DNA of 63,610 nucleotides, filler included, from Candidatus Woesearchaeota archaeon (GCA_030753365.1; 10 parts of 10 records of this genome joined end to end with filler, not necessarily neighbours in it); one strand, 5' to 3'. Shown: positions 51,194 to 61,835, numbered from the whole stretch's first letter. The notes: generated by a model not told the origin, from the sequence alone. Numbers and translations are program-made.

Positions 51194-53719
51194 ATGAACA
51201 AACTACTCTTTGAACAAATAGAAAGAAAAATCTTAACAAAAAAGCCAGCTCAAACCAATCCAGAATACGGCTGCAATCCTAAAGACAGGCCAGTCCAGGA
51301 ACTCATCAACTATGGTATAGTCAACATAGACAAAACCAAAGGCCCTTCATCTCATCAAGTCTCAAGCTATGTAAAAAACATACTCAATCTAGACAAAGCA
51401 GGCCACTCTGGAACCTTAGACCCAGGAGTAACCGGCGTCCTACCGACAGCCTTAGGCAGAGCCACAAGAATCGTGCAAACTCTTCTCAAAGCAGGAAAAG
51501 AATACATCTGCTTAATGCACCTTCACAAAGAAGCAGACAACCAAGCCATTGAAACTGCCTTCACCAAATTCACTGGCACCATAACCCAGCTACCGCCAGT
51601 AAGAAGCGCAATAAAGCGTCAAGAACGAAAAAGAGCAATCTATTACTTAGACATCCTAGAAATCAAAGAAAAAGATGTTCTATTCAAAGTAGGTTGTGAG
51701 GCAGGCACATATATAAGAAAACTTTGTATTCATCCCAATACCGAAATTTTGACAAAGAAAGGTATCATGATTGCTTCTGATTTCTATTCCAATCCTCAAA
51801 TAATTTATTCTTATAGAGAAGGTAAGATGATTGAAAGAAAACCTTCAGCAAATCAAAGAATCCCTTCTCCATCAAAATTGATTAAGATTACAATGGATTC
51901 TGGAATTAGTTTTAACGTAACCCCAGATCATGAGCTTTTTGCTTCCAAGAAAGAAGGATATAAAATGGTTGAAGCTAGAAAATTAAGAACTCAAGATTAT
52001 TTGGTAAAAAGCTTAGAACTGCCCAAATATTATTATAAATTAGTGATTACTGATCTTTTAGATGACTATTATCTAATTCCACAGAAAGATATTATAAATA
52101 AATGTAAGAAAGCTTTTATCAACAGTTATGGCAGCATCAGAGCCATGTATAGAGAATTGAAATTAGATAGAAAATCTTTCCTTAATAATTCTAGTCATGC
52201 AATAACCATAAGACATCTCAAATTGGCAGGCATTTATGAGAAAGTAAAGGATAGAATCAATGAGTTTAAGACTCAAAAAGGTTCTATTATAAAGATTAAA
52301 GACTTAGATGAAGATTTCTTCTATCTATTAGGGCTAATTGCATCTGATGGGAATAATACAAAAGAAAAGAAAACCGCAAGATACACTAGAATAAAGTTTC
52401 ATAATAATAATGAAGAACTTATTAATGTTTTCTTAAGAACTTATAAAAAACTATTTCCTAATGTTCCTATTTCAAAAAAGAAAATTAAAGCGAATTTATT
52501 CCAATTGGATAGTGCAAATAGCTTTATGGCTACAGTTGCAGCAAAATTGGGAATAAAAAGCCCTCAGAAAGAATCTGATTTATCTCCAATTGTTAATCTC
52601 AAACCATTATTAATAAAATCCTTTCTGAGAGGATATTTTGAAGGTGATGGTTCAGTTTATTATAAAGAAAAAAAGAGAGTAAAAGGTCATTATGCAAAAA
52701 TTGTTCTTCATACTGTAAGTTATTCAGATGCAAAAAGATTGCATAAGATGCTTTTAGTTGTTGGGATTGCTAATAAGATATTCAAGAGAAGAATTTCTTC
52801 AAAGCTGGTTAAAAAGTCTAATAATGGAAATATATATGATGTTACTATAGGAAATATAGCTGCTGAGAAGAAATTTATTAAGGAAATTGGAACAAACCAT
52901 CCCATAAAACTTGAAAGATTCAAGAAGATATCAAAATTAAAGAATGATGCTAAAGCAGAAGATCACTACTATATAGGATTTCATTATAAGAATTATATAA
53001 GGAGAAACAAATCCAAACTTCACAAGATGGGAGGGAACCTTAATAGAATATTAACTAGTGATATACCAATCACGAGAGGATTCTACAGGAAAGCTTCATT
53101 AATTACAAATTTACCATTAATGGACTATTTTATTATTGAGAAAATAAAATCTATTGAATATGTTGATGGAACTGATTTTGTTTATGATATGACCGTACCA
53201 GAGACTCATAATTTCTTAATTGAAACTGGTTTCGTATCTTCTAATTGTTATGACCTTGGCCAGGAACTAGGCACTGGTGCTCACATGGCACAGCTAAGAA
53301 GAACAAAAGCAGGCCCATTCAATGAAACCACACTAATAACATTACAAGACCTAAAAGATGCCTACCATTATTATAAAGAACAAGGCAATGAAAAATATCT
53401 TAAACACATCATAAGCCCAGTAGAATTCGGTGTAAGCCATTTGCCAAAAATCTGGGTCTCTGACTCAGCAGTAACCCCCATCTGTCATGGCTTTGATGTA
53501 GCGCTGCCAGGAATCATCAAACTAAACGATACCATAAAAGAAGGAACCCTTGTAGCAGTCATGACATTAAAAGATGAGCTAATCGCACTAGGAGACTCAA
53601 GACTAACCAGCAATGAAATGCAAAAGAAAACTAAAGGCATAGCAATAAAAATAAAAAAAGTATTCATGGAACCAGGTGTTTATCCCAAACTTAACAAAAA
53701 TAAGGCTTTAACTATTTAG
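51194..53719 (+). CDS. cbf5: H/ACA pseudouridine synthase Cbf5, intein-containing
   Basis: IDK..GPSSHQV, catalytic GHSGTLDP, QLPPVRSA, GTYIRKLC, LRRT, C-terminal PUA domain. Confidence 0.95.
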   Translation: MNKLLFEQIERKILTKKPAQTNPEYGCNPKDRPVQELINYGIVNIDKTKGPSSHQVSSYVKNILNLDKAGHSGTLDPGVTGVLPTALGRATRIVQTLLKAGKEYICLMHLHKEADNQAIETAFTKFTGTITQLPPVRSAIKRQERKRAIYYLDILEIKEKDVLFKVGCEAGTYIRKLCIHPNTEILTKKGIMIASDFYSNPQIIYSYREGKMIERKPSANQRIPSPSKLIKITMDSGISFNVTPDHELFASKKEGYKMVEARKLRTQDYLVKSLELPKYYYKLVITDLLDDYYLIPQKDIINKCKKAFINSYGSIRAMYRELKLDRKSFLNNSSHAITIRHLKLAGIYEKVKDRINEFKTQKGSIIKIKDLDEDFFYLLGLIASDGNNTKEKKTARYTRIKFHNNNEELINVFLRTYKKLFPNVPISKKKIKANLFQLDSANSFMATVAAKLGIKSPQKESDLSPIVNLKPLLIKSFLRGYFEGDGSVYYKEKKRVKGHYAKIVLHTVSYSDAKRLHKMLLVVGIANKIFKRRISSKLVKKSNNGNIYDVTIGNIAAEKKFIKEIGTNHPIKLERFKKISKLKNDAKAEDHYYIGFHYKNYIRRNKSKLHKMGGNLNRILTSDIPITRGFYRKASLITNLPLMDYFIIEKIKSIEYVDGTDFVYDMTVPETHNFLIETGFVSSNCYDLGQELGTGAHMAQLRRTKAGPFNETTLITLQDLKDAYHYYKEQGNEKYLKHIISPVEFGVSHLPKIWVSDSAVTPICHGFDVALPGIIKLNDTIKEGTLVAVMTLKDELIALGDSRLTSNEMQKKTKGIAIKIKKVFMEPGVYPKLNKNKALTI
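51725..53245 (+). mobile_element. Intein (507 aa) with LAGLIDADG endonuclease in Cbf5
   Basis: GTYIRKL|CIHPNTEI ... FVSSN|CYDLG; block B VTPDHEL; LLGLIASDG and FLRGYFEGDG; block F VYDMTVPETHNF. Confidence 0.93.
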
Positions 53720-54386
53720 CTTCAGTCTTCTTCTCTTCTTCAACCTTAACCTTCTCCTTCTTCACAAACTCAACATCAACCTTAATCAAATCCTTACACT
53801 TATTCTTAAGATTCTCTTTAACCTTCTCATCAAGCTCATTCTCCACAAAAACCTTTGCCTTACCATTATTCAATTCAACCTTAACATCCCCTAAAAAGAA
53901 CTTCAGATAAGACTCAACCTTCTCCTTAGTATCAGAAACAACCCTATTAATCTTAACCTTATACTCCACCTCTCTCCCTGACAAAGGATGGTTAAAATCA
54001 ACAATAGCTCTCCCTCCTCCAACAGTCTTAATAGTCCCAACAACACTATCGATATTAACCTGCAATCCAGGCATAGGATTAATATTCTGTTCCTTAAAAA
54101 TCCTCAAAGGCACCATCCTCAGCATCTTAGGATCCTTCTTCCCAAACCCTTCTTCAGGCGGAACCTTAAAATCATACTCCTTACCAATCTCTTTGCCTTC
54201 AAGCCTTGCATCAACCCCTTTAATAATCTGATTCTCTCCAACACAAACAATCATAGGCTTATACTCAAATCCAGGATTAGTAATCCCTGCCTCTTTAGCA
54301 TCCTTCTCTCTTGTAGTATCAAACATCTGTCCTTCCATTTTCCCTGTATAATCAATCTCTATAAAATCATGTTTTTTAATTGTCAT
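53712..54386 (-). CDS. FKBP-type peptidyl-prolyl isomerase (SlyD-like)
   Basis: IDYTG, FDTT, PEEGFG, VDFNHPLSG. Confidence 0.92.
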   Translation of the reverse strand: MTIKKHDFIEIDYTGKMEGQMFDTTREKDAKEAGITNPGFEYKPMIVCVGENQIIKGVDARLEGKEIGKEYDFKVPPEEGFGKKDPKMLRMVPLRIFKEQNINPMPGLQVNIDSVVGTIKTVGGGRAIVDFNHPLSGREVEYKVKINRVVSDTKEKVESYLKFFLGDVKVELNNGKAKVFVENELDEKVKENLKNKCKDLIKVDVEFVKKEKVKVEEEKKTEAK

Positions 54387-54387
54387 C

Positions 54388-56304
54388 TTAAAGTTCAATC
54401 CTCACATCTTTCTTCTCAACATTCTCCCTAACAGTCTCAACCAGCTTCATAATTCTGATGTTAGGAAACAACTTCCCATCCAAAGTCCTAACAGCCAAAG
54501 TCTTACTACCCTCTTCTCTCTCACCCACAGTAATAACAAGAGGAATCCTTTCCATCTGCGCATCCCTAACCTTATATGGGATAGACTCAGACCTTGAATC
54601 AATCTCAACCCTCATCCCACTATCCTCCAGCTCTTCCTTAACCGTCTTTGCATAACCATCAAACCTATCTGCAACAGTAAGAATTCTAGCCTGAATAGGG
54701 GACAACCACAATGGGAACCTGCCAGCAAAATGCTCAATAAGAATGCCAATAAATCTTTCAATACCTCCATAAACTGTTCTGTGGAGCATAGCAGGTCTAT
54801 GCTTTTTTCCATCCTTACCCTCATAGTTCAAGTCAAAACGTTCAGGCATTGCAAAATCCAGTTGTATTGTAGCAGTCTGCCATGTCCTGTTCAAAGCATC
54901 TTTAATATGAAAGTCTATCTTAGGCCCATAAAAGGCGCCGTCTCCTTCGTTTAGTTTATAGTCAGCTTTTATATCCTTTAATGCATCCTTTAATGCATTC
55001 TCTGCAGTATCCCACATTTCTTTAGTGCCTATAGATTTTTCTGGCTTGGTTGATAATTCCATATGATATTCCAGATTAAATGTCTTATAGATTCTTTTCG
55101 TTAGGTTGATTATGGTTATCACTTCTTTCTTAATCTGCTCTTTTGTGCAATAGATATGGGCATCATCCTGGAAGAAGGCTCTTACCCTGAAAAGCCCGTT
55201 CAGAACTCCTGATAGCTCATGCCTGTGCACTAGGCCAACTTCAGCCATTTTTAATGGAAGTTCCCTATAACTGTGAGTCTTCTCTTTGTAGATCAAGACA
55301 CCGCCAGGGCAGTTCATGGGTTTAACAGCAAAATCCTGGTTATCAATCTTAGTAAAATACATATTATCCTTATAGTGATCCCAATGGCCTGAGCTTTCCC
55401 ATAGCTTCCTGTTAAGAATTATTGGAGTTCTTACTTCTTGATATCCGTCTATATCATGTTCCAGTTTCCAATATTTCATTAACTCATTCCAAAGAATCAA
55501 ACCTTTATTGTGCCAGAAAGGCATACCTGGTGCTTCCTCATGGAAAGAAAACAAATCCATCTCTCTCCCAATCTTTCTATGATTCCTCTTCTCAGCCTGT
55601 TCTAAAAGCTCAAGATAATCATCAAGCATAGACCTCTTAGGAAAGCTAATCCCATACACCCTTTGCAGCTGCTTATTATCAGAATCTCCTCTCCAGTAAG
55701 CCCCTGCAATCTTAGTAAGCTTAAACGCCTTAAGAACACCAGTGCTAGGCACATGCGGACCCTTGCACAAATCAATAAACTCACCATTCTTATAGCCAGA
55801 CAACCCAGTCTCAAACTCCTCAACAAGCTCTAACTTGTAAGAATTATCCTTAAAAGCCTTCTTAGCCTCCTCCTTAGACAATTCAACTCTCTCAAAGCTA
55901 ACATTCTCCTTAACAATCTCATGCATCTCCTTCTCAATCCTCTCCAAATCCTCAGGATGAAACGGCTCCTTCTTATCAAAATCATAATAAAACCCTTCTT
56001 CAACCACAGGTCCAATAGTCAGCTTAACCTTAGGAAACAACTTCTTAACAGCCATAGCAAGAACATGTGCGCTGCTATGCCTAAAAACCATAACACCCTC
56101 TTCATCATCAAAAGTAAAAATCTTCAGCTTGCCGCTCTTCTCAATAGGCCTGGTTAAATCTATCAACTCATCATCAAGCTTTGCAGCCAGCGCCTTCCTT
56201 GCCAGGCCTTCACTAATATCCTTCTTAACAATATCTAATGCAGTAATCCCTTTATCATACTCCTTCTTAGAGCCATCCGGAAAAGTAATCTTAATTTTAG
56301 CCAT
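54388..56304 (-). CDS. thrS: Threonine--tRNA ligase (bacterial type)
   Basis: TGS domain, RHSSAH, DLCKGPH, KPMNCP, FYGPKID, HRTVYG.IERF. Confidence 0.97.
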   Translation of the reverse strand: MAKIKITFPDGSKKEYDKGITALDIVKKDISEGLARKALAAKLDDELIDLTRPIEKSGKLKIFTFDDEEGVMVFRHSSAHVLAMAVKKLFPKVKLTIGPVVEEGFYYDFDKKEPFHPEDLERIEKEMHEIVKENVSFERVELSKEEAKKAFKDNSYKLELVEEFETGLSGYKNGEFIDLCKGPHVPSTGVLKAFKLTKIAGAYWRGDSDNKQLQRVYGISFPKRSMLDDYLELLEQAEKRNHRKIGREMDLFSFHEEAPGMPFWHNKGLILWNELMKYWKLEHDIDGYQEVRTPIILNRKLWESSGHWDHYKDNMYFTKIDNQDFAVKPMNCPGGVLIYKEKTHSYRELPLKMAEVGLVHRHELSGVLNGLFRVRAFFQDDAHIYCTKEQIKKEVITIINLTKRIYKTFNLEYHMELSTKPEKSIGTKEMWDTAENALKDALKDIKADYKLNEGDGAFYGPKIDFHIKDALNRTWQTATIQLDFAMPERFDLNYEGKDGKKHRPAMLHRTVYGGIERFIGILIEHFAGRFPLWLSPIQARILTVADRFDGYAKTVKEELEDSGMRVEIDSRSESIPYKVRDAQMERIPLVITVGEREEGSKTLAVRTLDGKLFPNIRIMKLVETVRENVEKKDVRIEL

Positions 56305-56388
56305 TTTAGTATAATGAAGTTAGTTAGTAGTATAAATAGTTTATTGAAAACCTTCTATTTTATTAAAAAACACAATAATCATTTAAAT

Positions 56389-56751
56389 ATGGCTGTATTT
56401 ACAGCTAATATGACCATTGAAACAAAACTTGACGACTGCCAGCACTGTGCTCAATGTTGTATAGGCGAAGAAATCTTGGTAGAAGAGGAAGAGATCAAAA
56501 TAATTACAGAAAGAACCGGAATAAATCCTGAAGACTTTACAAGGCTGCATTACTATGAAATTTTAGAATACCATATTATTGAGCAGAAGCCGAATAATGA
56601 ATGCCTCTTTTTGAATAAAGATGAAAAGGAATTTGCCTGTGAAATCTATGAATTCAGGCCAAATCTTTGTGCCCAATACCCTTCAAACGAAAGACAATTG
56701 GAATGGTGTAAAGACAAGCTTAATAATCCCATGCAGAAGTCTTCTTGCTAA
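56389..56751 (+). CDS. YkgJ/CxxCxxCC family Zn/Fe-chelating protein
   Basis: CQHCAQCC, ECLFL, CEIYEFRPNLCAQYP. Confidence 0.88.
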   Translation: MAVFTANMTIETKLDDCQHCAQCCIGEEILVEEEEIKIITERTGINPEDFTRLHYYEILEYHIIEQKPNNECLFLNKDEKEFACEIYEFRPNLCAQYPSNERQLEWCKDKLNNPMQKSSC

Positions 56752-59224
56752 GATTCATCCACTCAGGCGTATTCAGGCTAAGATACTCCTCCTTCAACTC
56801 TTCAGAAACAGTAAAATTCTCAGGATAATTAATCTCCCAAACCTTCAACGGCCCCAAAGTCCTCCCTCTATAATAAGCAAGCTTATTCCTTCCGCTATCA
56901 TCAAACACCTGTTTAAAATAAGGACTCTCCTCATTAAACAAAAACAATCTTGTCCACAACGCATTCAACCCCTTCCTTGAAACATACAACAAAGCCCCAT
57001 TCTCCTGTTGATACTGATTATTAATATACAACGGCATAATCCTCAAACATCCTTCAAGCCCTGGCTCATCAAACATCGTCTTCCCATTCTCCTCATCATA
57101 AATACACTCCACCGGCACATCCTTTCTCTGATTATTATAAAACAGTACAGCCTTAGGCTGCTTAATCTCAATTTCATCCTCATCATTCTCATCAACCGGC
57201 ACAAAAAACCCTGCAATATAAGCCCTCTTTGCAGGATATATCTTTCCCTCATAAATAAAATCCTCATCCAGTCCAGTGCCACCCTGGAAAAAATAAGTAG
57301 TAAGATTATTCTCAATCCTTGTAGCCCTGCTATTCATAGAATAAGTCCCAATCCATGAAAACACGTCAAAATTCTCATCACTCCCAATACTAGAATAAGC
57401 AGTATACTTTCCAATCTCATCAGAAATAATCAAAAGATGACTAACATTATGCGCCTTCAAATACTCCAGCGCCTCCTCATCCGACCTTGCAGTAAGCACA
57501 TGCCTACCCACCAGGTGATTCCAATAAGCATAATAATTACCCCCATCAGTAATCGTAGCTCTATTGCCTTCAGTCTGTACCCAATACCCATAATCCCACC
57601 AATGCGCAAACACCGCATCCTCATCAGTATTCTCTTTCACCCATCCCATAGCAGTCTGCCATTGATTATTAAAAGACGGTCCTGTATACCTTGCCTGGCT
57701 CAAACTCAACGAAGCAGCAGAATAAATAATTGGCACTGAAATAAAAAATACAACGCAAACCATACCAATCTTATAAATCTTATCCTCAATCTTAAAAGCA
57801 TACTTACCAAGCCTCAAAATAAGAAATGCTGCCAATATAGTCGTCACCGGCGTAAAAACAAAAAACAACCTCATAGCACCCCTTGCAGCCACTATCATAA
57901 TAAGAAACCACATAAACATAAACATATACCCCTTATCCAATTTCCTTATTTTATTATACAACTCTTTATTCTTATAAAACGAAAAAACAAAAATCCACAA
58001 AATAATAACCGCAAAACAAATCAAAGAGCCGAAAAACAAAAGCTGTGAAACAAGATTCTCTCCATTCAAATAAGAATAGGAAGACTTTCTGCTAAAAATA
58101 AACGCAGTAATAAAAGCAGTATATCCTATAGTAAGCTTATAAACATTCTTCCTATCAGACATATTCTTAATCATACTAAAAAACAAAAGCATAGAGCCCG
58201 CAAAAAACAGATAAAAATAAAATCTATACTCGCTCCACCAATCCGTGAAATAAGGCTGCCTATTCTCAGCCACAGTCAAAGTCAGCCTGCCAATACCCAT
58301 CGGGTGCAGGAACTGCTCCTTAATCTCATCAGCTTTTTCAATAATTACACTAGGCATAACAATAAGCCCAACAGTCAACCCTATAACCATAAGAGCTACA
58401 ATCACAGACAAATTAATCGGCAGGTTAACCTTCTTATCCTTCAAAACAAACTTCACTAATCTCCCAACAACAAGAATCATAAGCACTGCTACAGGCAAAG
58501 CAGTATTAATCGAAGTCAACACTCCTTTCAGTCCTCCATACTTTCCAATAAACAACGACATCATAACAATAATCGGTGCCAACCATACAACATAAACATA
58601 CAAATCATTCTTTCTAAAGCTATTAAACGTAAACCTAATAAGATTGAATGCAGCAATAATCATCAGCACGAACTTAACCCCTCCCCAGCTAAGCCCCATC
58701 AACCCATTGCTAATCCCTGACAACACCGCAAAAGCAAGTTTAAACTGAATCTTCTTTGCCTTCACAGCGCTCACATAAAAATAAAATGTGGCAAACATAA
58801 GCAGCATAGCAAGCGGTTCCTTATCAGAAAATCCAGCCATCGTCCTATAAAGATAAGACGGATGAATCGCAAGGAAAAGGCAAGAAAGCAATGCAACATT
58901 CTTATTAAACAATTTCTTAACCAAGAAATAAAAAATAGGGATAGACAACCCAAAGAATATTGGGGGATACAAAATATCAGCCATCTCAATCGTCATGCCA
59001 GGCACAACCATCCTCAAAGCCTTGTACATATAAGAAATAATATACGGCAAAATCATAACCTCATAACTAGGATCCTGCCCAATAGGAAAATATCTCATGC
59101 TATCCCAAGCCATCACAGAACCATGCTCCACTATATGCCTGGCCATCCTCAGAAAATAATAAGGGTCAAGAGCAAGAGGAAATCTTCCCTTCGTCAAAGG
59201 AACATTCAATGTCCTAATATAAAC
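56720..59224 (-). CDS. aglB: Oligosaccharyltransferase AglB (STT3; 5'-truncated)
   Basis: LDPYYFLR, RTMAGFSDKE, TVAE, WWDYG. Confidence 0.93.
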   Translation of the reverse strand, partial: VYIRTLNVPLTKGRFPLALDPYYFLRMARHIVEHGSVMAWDSMRYFPIGQDPSYEVMILPYIISYMYKALRMVVPGMTIEMADILYPPIFFGLSIPIFYFLVKKLFNKNVALLSCLFLAIHPSYLYRTMAGFSDKEPLAMLLMFATFYFYVSAVKAKKIQFKLAFAVLSGISNGLMGLSWGGVKFVLMIIAAFNLIRFTFNSFRKNDLYVYVVWLAPIIVMMSLFIGKYGGLKGVLTSINTALPVAVLMILVVGRLVKFVLKDKKVNLPINLSVIVALMVIGLTVGLIVMPSVIIEKADEIKEQFLHPMGIGRLTLTVAENRQPYFTDWWSEYRFYFYLFFAGSMLLFFSMIKNMSDRKNVYKLTIGYTAFITAFIFSRKSSYSYLNGENLVSQLLFFGSLICFAVIILWIFVFSFYKNKELYNKIRKLDKGYMFMFMWFLIMIVAARGAMRLFFVFTPVTTILAAFLILRLGKYAFKIEDKIYKIGMVCVVFFISVPIIYSAASLSLSQARYTGPSFNNQWQTAMGWVKENTDEDAVFAHWWDYGYWVQTEGNRATITDGGNYYAYWNHLVGRHVLTARSDEEALEYLKAHNVSHLLIISDEIGKYTAYSSIGSDENFDVFSWIGTYSMNSRATRIENNLTTYFFQGGTGLDEDFIYEGKIYPAKRAYIAGFFVPVDENDEDEIEIKQPKAVLFYNNQRKDVPVECIYDEENGKTMFDEPGLEGCLRIMPLYINNQYQQENGALLYVSRKGLNALWTRLFLFNEESPYFKQVFDDSGRNKLAYYRGRTLGPLKVWEINYPENFTVSEELKEEYLSLNTPEWMNLSKKTSAWDY

Positions 59225-59324
59225 NNNNNNNNNNNNNNNNNNNNNNNNNNNNNNNNNNNNNNNNNNNNTTAATTAATTAANNNNNNNNNNNNNNNNNNNN
59301 NNNNNNNNNNNNNNNNNNNNNNNN

Positions 59325-60147
59325 CTGTTTCCCCATTTCCTTCAATCTTACAGCATGAATCATCCTCAAGAGGACAATCATCCCCCACAAACTTAATAGA
59401 ATTCTTTGTTAGGATGAATAAATATGGATGAATGACAAAAGGATCTTCTACATATTCATCAACAATCCCATCACAATCATTATCCACTCCATCAAAGATC
59501 TCAATGGAAACGCCTTCAAAAGGATTGCATCTCTGTACGATACCATCCACGCAATTATTCACAGTATTTTCGCAGGCTCCAACACCACATGTTGTAGCAC
59601 CCAAATCATTATCTATAGCTCTATCACAGTCATTATCAATCCCATCACAGGTTTCAGCCTCTGGAACACACATGGAAGTTGGATCATCCTCTTCTTCAGT
59701 TTCATCTATGGTAATATCCAATTCATCAATTTGCAGATTACATCCATCAGTATCAGAAGTTGTAAACTCATACGATACATTATTAATTTCAACAATATAT
59801 GTAGAATCACTTATCTTAGCATCAAGAGAATATGGTCTTCCAATCTCAGGGCTAATTACTGCGCCATAAAATACTCTTATGGTGTCATCAGATAATCTTT
59901 CTATTGTGACTTCTTCTGTGTTATCTTCGTTGATTAAAGTGGTTTCAGTCTGGACTTGGTCTCTTGAACAGCAAATGCCAGAGCAGCAATTGTTTTCATC
60001 AGCAGTTATCCAATCACCATCATAACAATCCTCTTCAGGCAGGCAAATGTTTCCGTTTAGGCTTCCGCATGATGCAGACAAAACAGTGTCAGGAAGAATT
60101 AAAATAAGTATTAAAAGAGTTGTTGTGATCAAGATTTCTTTTTTCAT
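59325..60147 (-). CDS. Secreted Cys/Asp-rich protein with E.CDG.DNDCD repeats (3'-truncated)
   Basis: Signal peptide; ETCDGIDNDCD and EIFDGVDNDCDG. Confidence 0.7.
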
Positions 60148-60213
60148 TTCAACTCTCTTTTATAAAACCTTTCTGCTTAAGGTTTTATCTTGTTCTAAAT
60201 GATATATAAATAT

Positions 60214-60963
60214 TTATTTTTTAATGGTTGGCTTACCTTTTCTGGAAACCATGAAATAAACAATCGCAGCTATTATCAGTATAACTACAATAACAGGAAT
60301 TATGAAAATTAATATGCTTCTTTCTGGGGCTTTTCTTTCTTCTTCTTGGACTTCTTCAGCTTCCTGGGCTGCAGCTTTTGCTTCACAATCAGGATCTGCT
60401 TCTGGCACACAGTCTGGGTCACATCTGCCGTCTTCTTTATAATCACAGGTGTTATCAGCTATGCCTGTAGAACAGTCCTCTGGACAATAAACATTATTCT
60501 CACCTTTAGAAGTATCACAAATGTCATCAGGAACACAAAAAACCCTGAAAGAAGAAGGCATTGACTTGAAACTATTACCATTCTCAGTTATTGCTTTTGT
60601 TGAAGAAAGAGCATATTGTTTTGTTAAAAGAGGCTTTATCTTATATATTATAGTTTCTTTTGAGTTTGCTGGAATAGTTACACTCCAATCTAAATATGAC
60701 ACATTATATCCTTCCCATGCCCTTAACTTAGGCTCTTTTGGTTCAATAAACTCAAACTCTCCAGTAATTAGCTCTTCAATCTTGATATTGACTGGCTGTG
60801 CTTCGTTGTTTGTGGCTATAATCATCACTTCAAGCACATCTCCATAGTTAACTCTCTCTTGGATTATTCTTTCTATGATTATATCTTCTGGCTCTGCTTT
60901 AACTGTAAAAGAAGAGCTTAATAGTATTGTGAAACAGACAATGAGTAATAATTGTTTTTTCAT
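60214..60963 (-). CDS. Membrane-anchored surface protein (Ig-like + Cys-rich)
   Basis: Signal peptide, GENNVYCPEDC, DGRCDPDC...DPDC, C-terminal TM. Confidence 0.7.
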   Translation of the reverse strand: MKKQLLLIVCFTILLSSSFTVKAEPEDIIIERIIQERVNYGDVLEVMIIATNNEAQPVNIKIEELITGEFEFIEPKEPKLRAWEGYNVSYLDWSVTIPANSKETIIYKIKPLLTKQYALSSTKAITENGNSFKSMPSSFRVFCVPDDICDTSKGENNVYCPEDCSTGIADNTCDYKEDGRCDPDCVPEADPDCEAKAAAQEAEEVQEEERKAPERSILIFIIPVIVVILIIAAIVYFMVSRKGKPTIKK

Positions 60964-60974
60964 TTTTTATCCTC

Positions 60975-61517
60975 CTATTCGCATTTATTCCAGAACCACC
61001 AGTTCCATTTGCATTTGCCTGAGCAGCAGTCTCCGTCAGAAAGGCAGCTATCCTCATTAGCTTTACAATCTTTACACTTGAAAAAATCACATTGTGAACC
61101 ATCACAGCAATCTCCATTAGAAAAACAGCTTTCTTCATTAGCTTTACAATCTTTGCATTGGAAAAAACTGCACTGTGAACCATCACAGCAGTTTTTGTTA
61201 AAAAAGCAGTAATCCTTAAAGCTAGCGCATGGTCCTATTCCTTCACATCCAACAACTTCTGAAGAAATGTCAGGACAATTGTTAAGACTTTTACCTTTTA
61301 CATCATTATAACACCCATGCATTAATATTGATGAATATGATGAGGTGCAATAACTATACCACCCAGTTGAGGGAGAAGTTTGTATGCCTCCTCCAGCGTT
61401 TCCAACAGTGTCAACAAAATGCCAGTTTATGTCGCCAGGGAGTTTGACAAGGTTATATCCATGACCTACTCCTATAACTGATAAAACCTCATCTTCAAGA
61501 AAGCCTGCCTTTCTTAG
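60975..61517 (-). CDS. Transglutaminase-like C-terminal core + Cys-rich tandem repeats (5'-truncated)
   Basis: Frame open to contig end: LRKAG...GHGYNLV...WHFVDT; then 27-aa Cys repeats. Confidence 0.6.
   Translation of the reverse strand, partial: LRKAGFLEDEVLSVIGVGHGYNLVKLPGDINWHFVDTVGNAGGGIQTSPSTGWYSYCTSSYSSILMHGCYNDVKGKSLNNCPDISSEVVGCEGIGPCASFKDYCFFNKNCCDGSQCSFFQCKDCKANEESCFSNGDCCDGSQCDFFKCKDCKANEDSCLSDGDCCSGKCKWNWWFWNKCE
61025..61210 (-). repeat. 81-nt tandem repeat (about 2.3 copies) in coding sequence
   Basis: TCATTAGCTTTACAATCTTT...TGTGAACCATCACAGCA recurs at 81-nt spacing; encodes C....(D/N)CCDGSQC.FF.CKDCKANE.S. Confidence 0.85.
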
Positions 61518-61617
61518 NNNNNNNNNNNNNNNNNNNNNNNNNNNNNNNNNNNNNNNNNNNNTTAATTAATTAANNNNNNNNNNNNNNNNNNNNNNNNNNN
61601 NNNNNNNNNNNNNNNNN

Positions 61618-61820
61618 TCTTTCAGCCTTGGTACATCAAGCTTTGTAAGCTTTTCAACCAATGTTTTGCTATCTTTATATGAAAGCTTAGCAAACTGGTT
61701 CAAGTATTCTACTGTCTTATTAACCCTTATATTAAGCTCATCTTCTTTTATCTTTGACAAATCCTCTTTAACTTCAGCCATTGTAAGAGGAGTCTCTGAG
61801 ACTATATCTTTTGTATGCAT
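61618..61820 (-). CDS. rpoF: RNA polymerase subunit F (Rpo4; 3'-truncated)
   Basis: ETPLTMAEVKEDL, KTVEYLNQF; follows rpl21e. Confidence 0.8.
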
Positions 61821-61835
61821 TTTGTGCCTCCTTGA

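Noticed and set aside
6467..61617. Nine recurring TTAATTAATTAA motifs inside N-runs, resembling a repeat family
   Set aside because: Identical 100-nt scaffolding spacers; ORFs containing X or ending in LIN are artefacts of them
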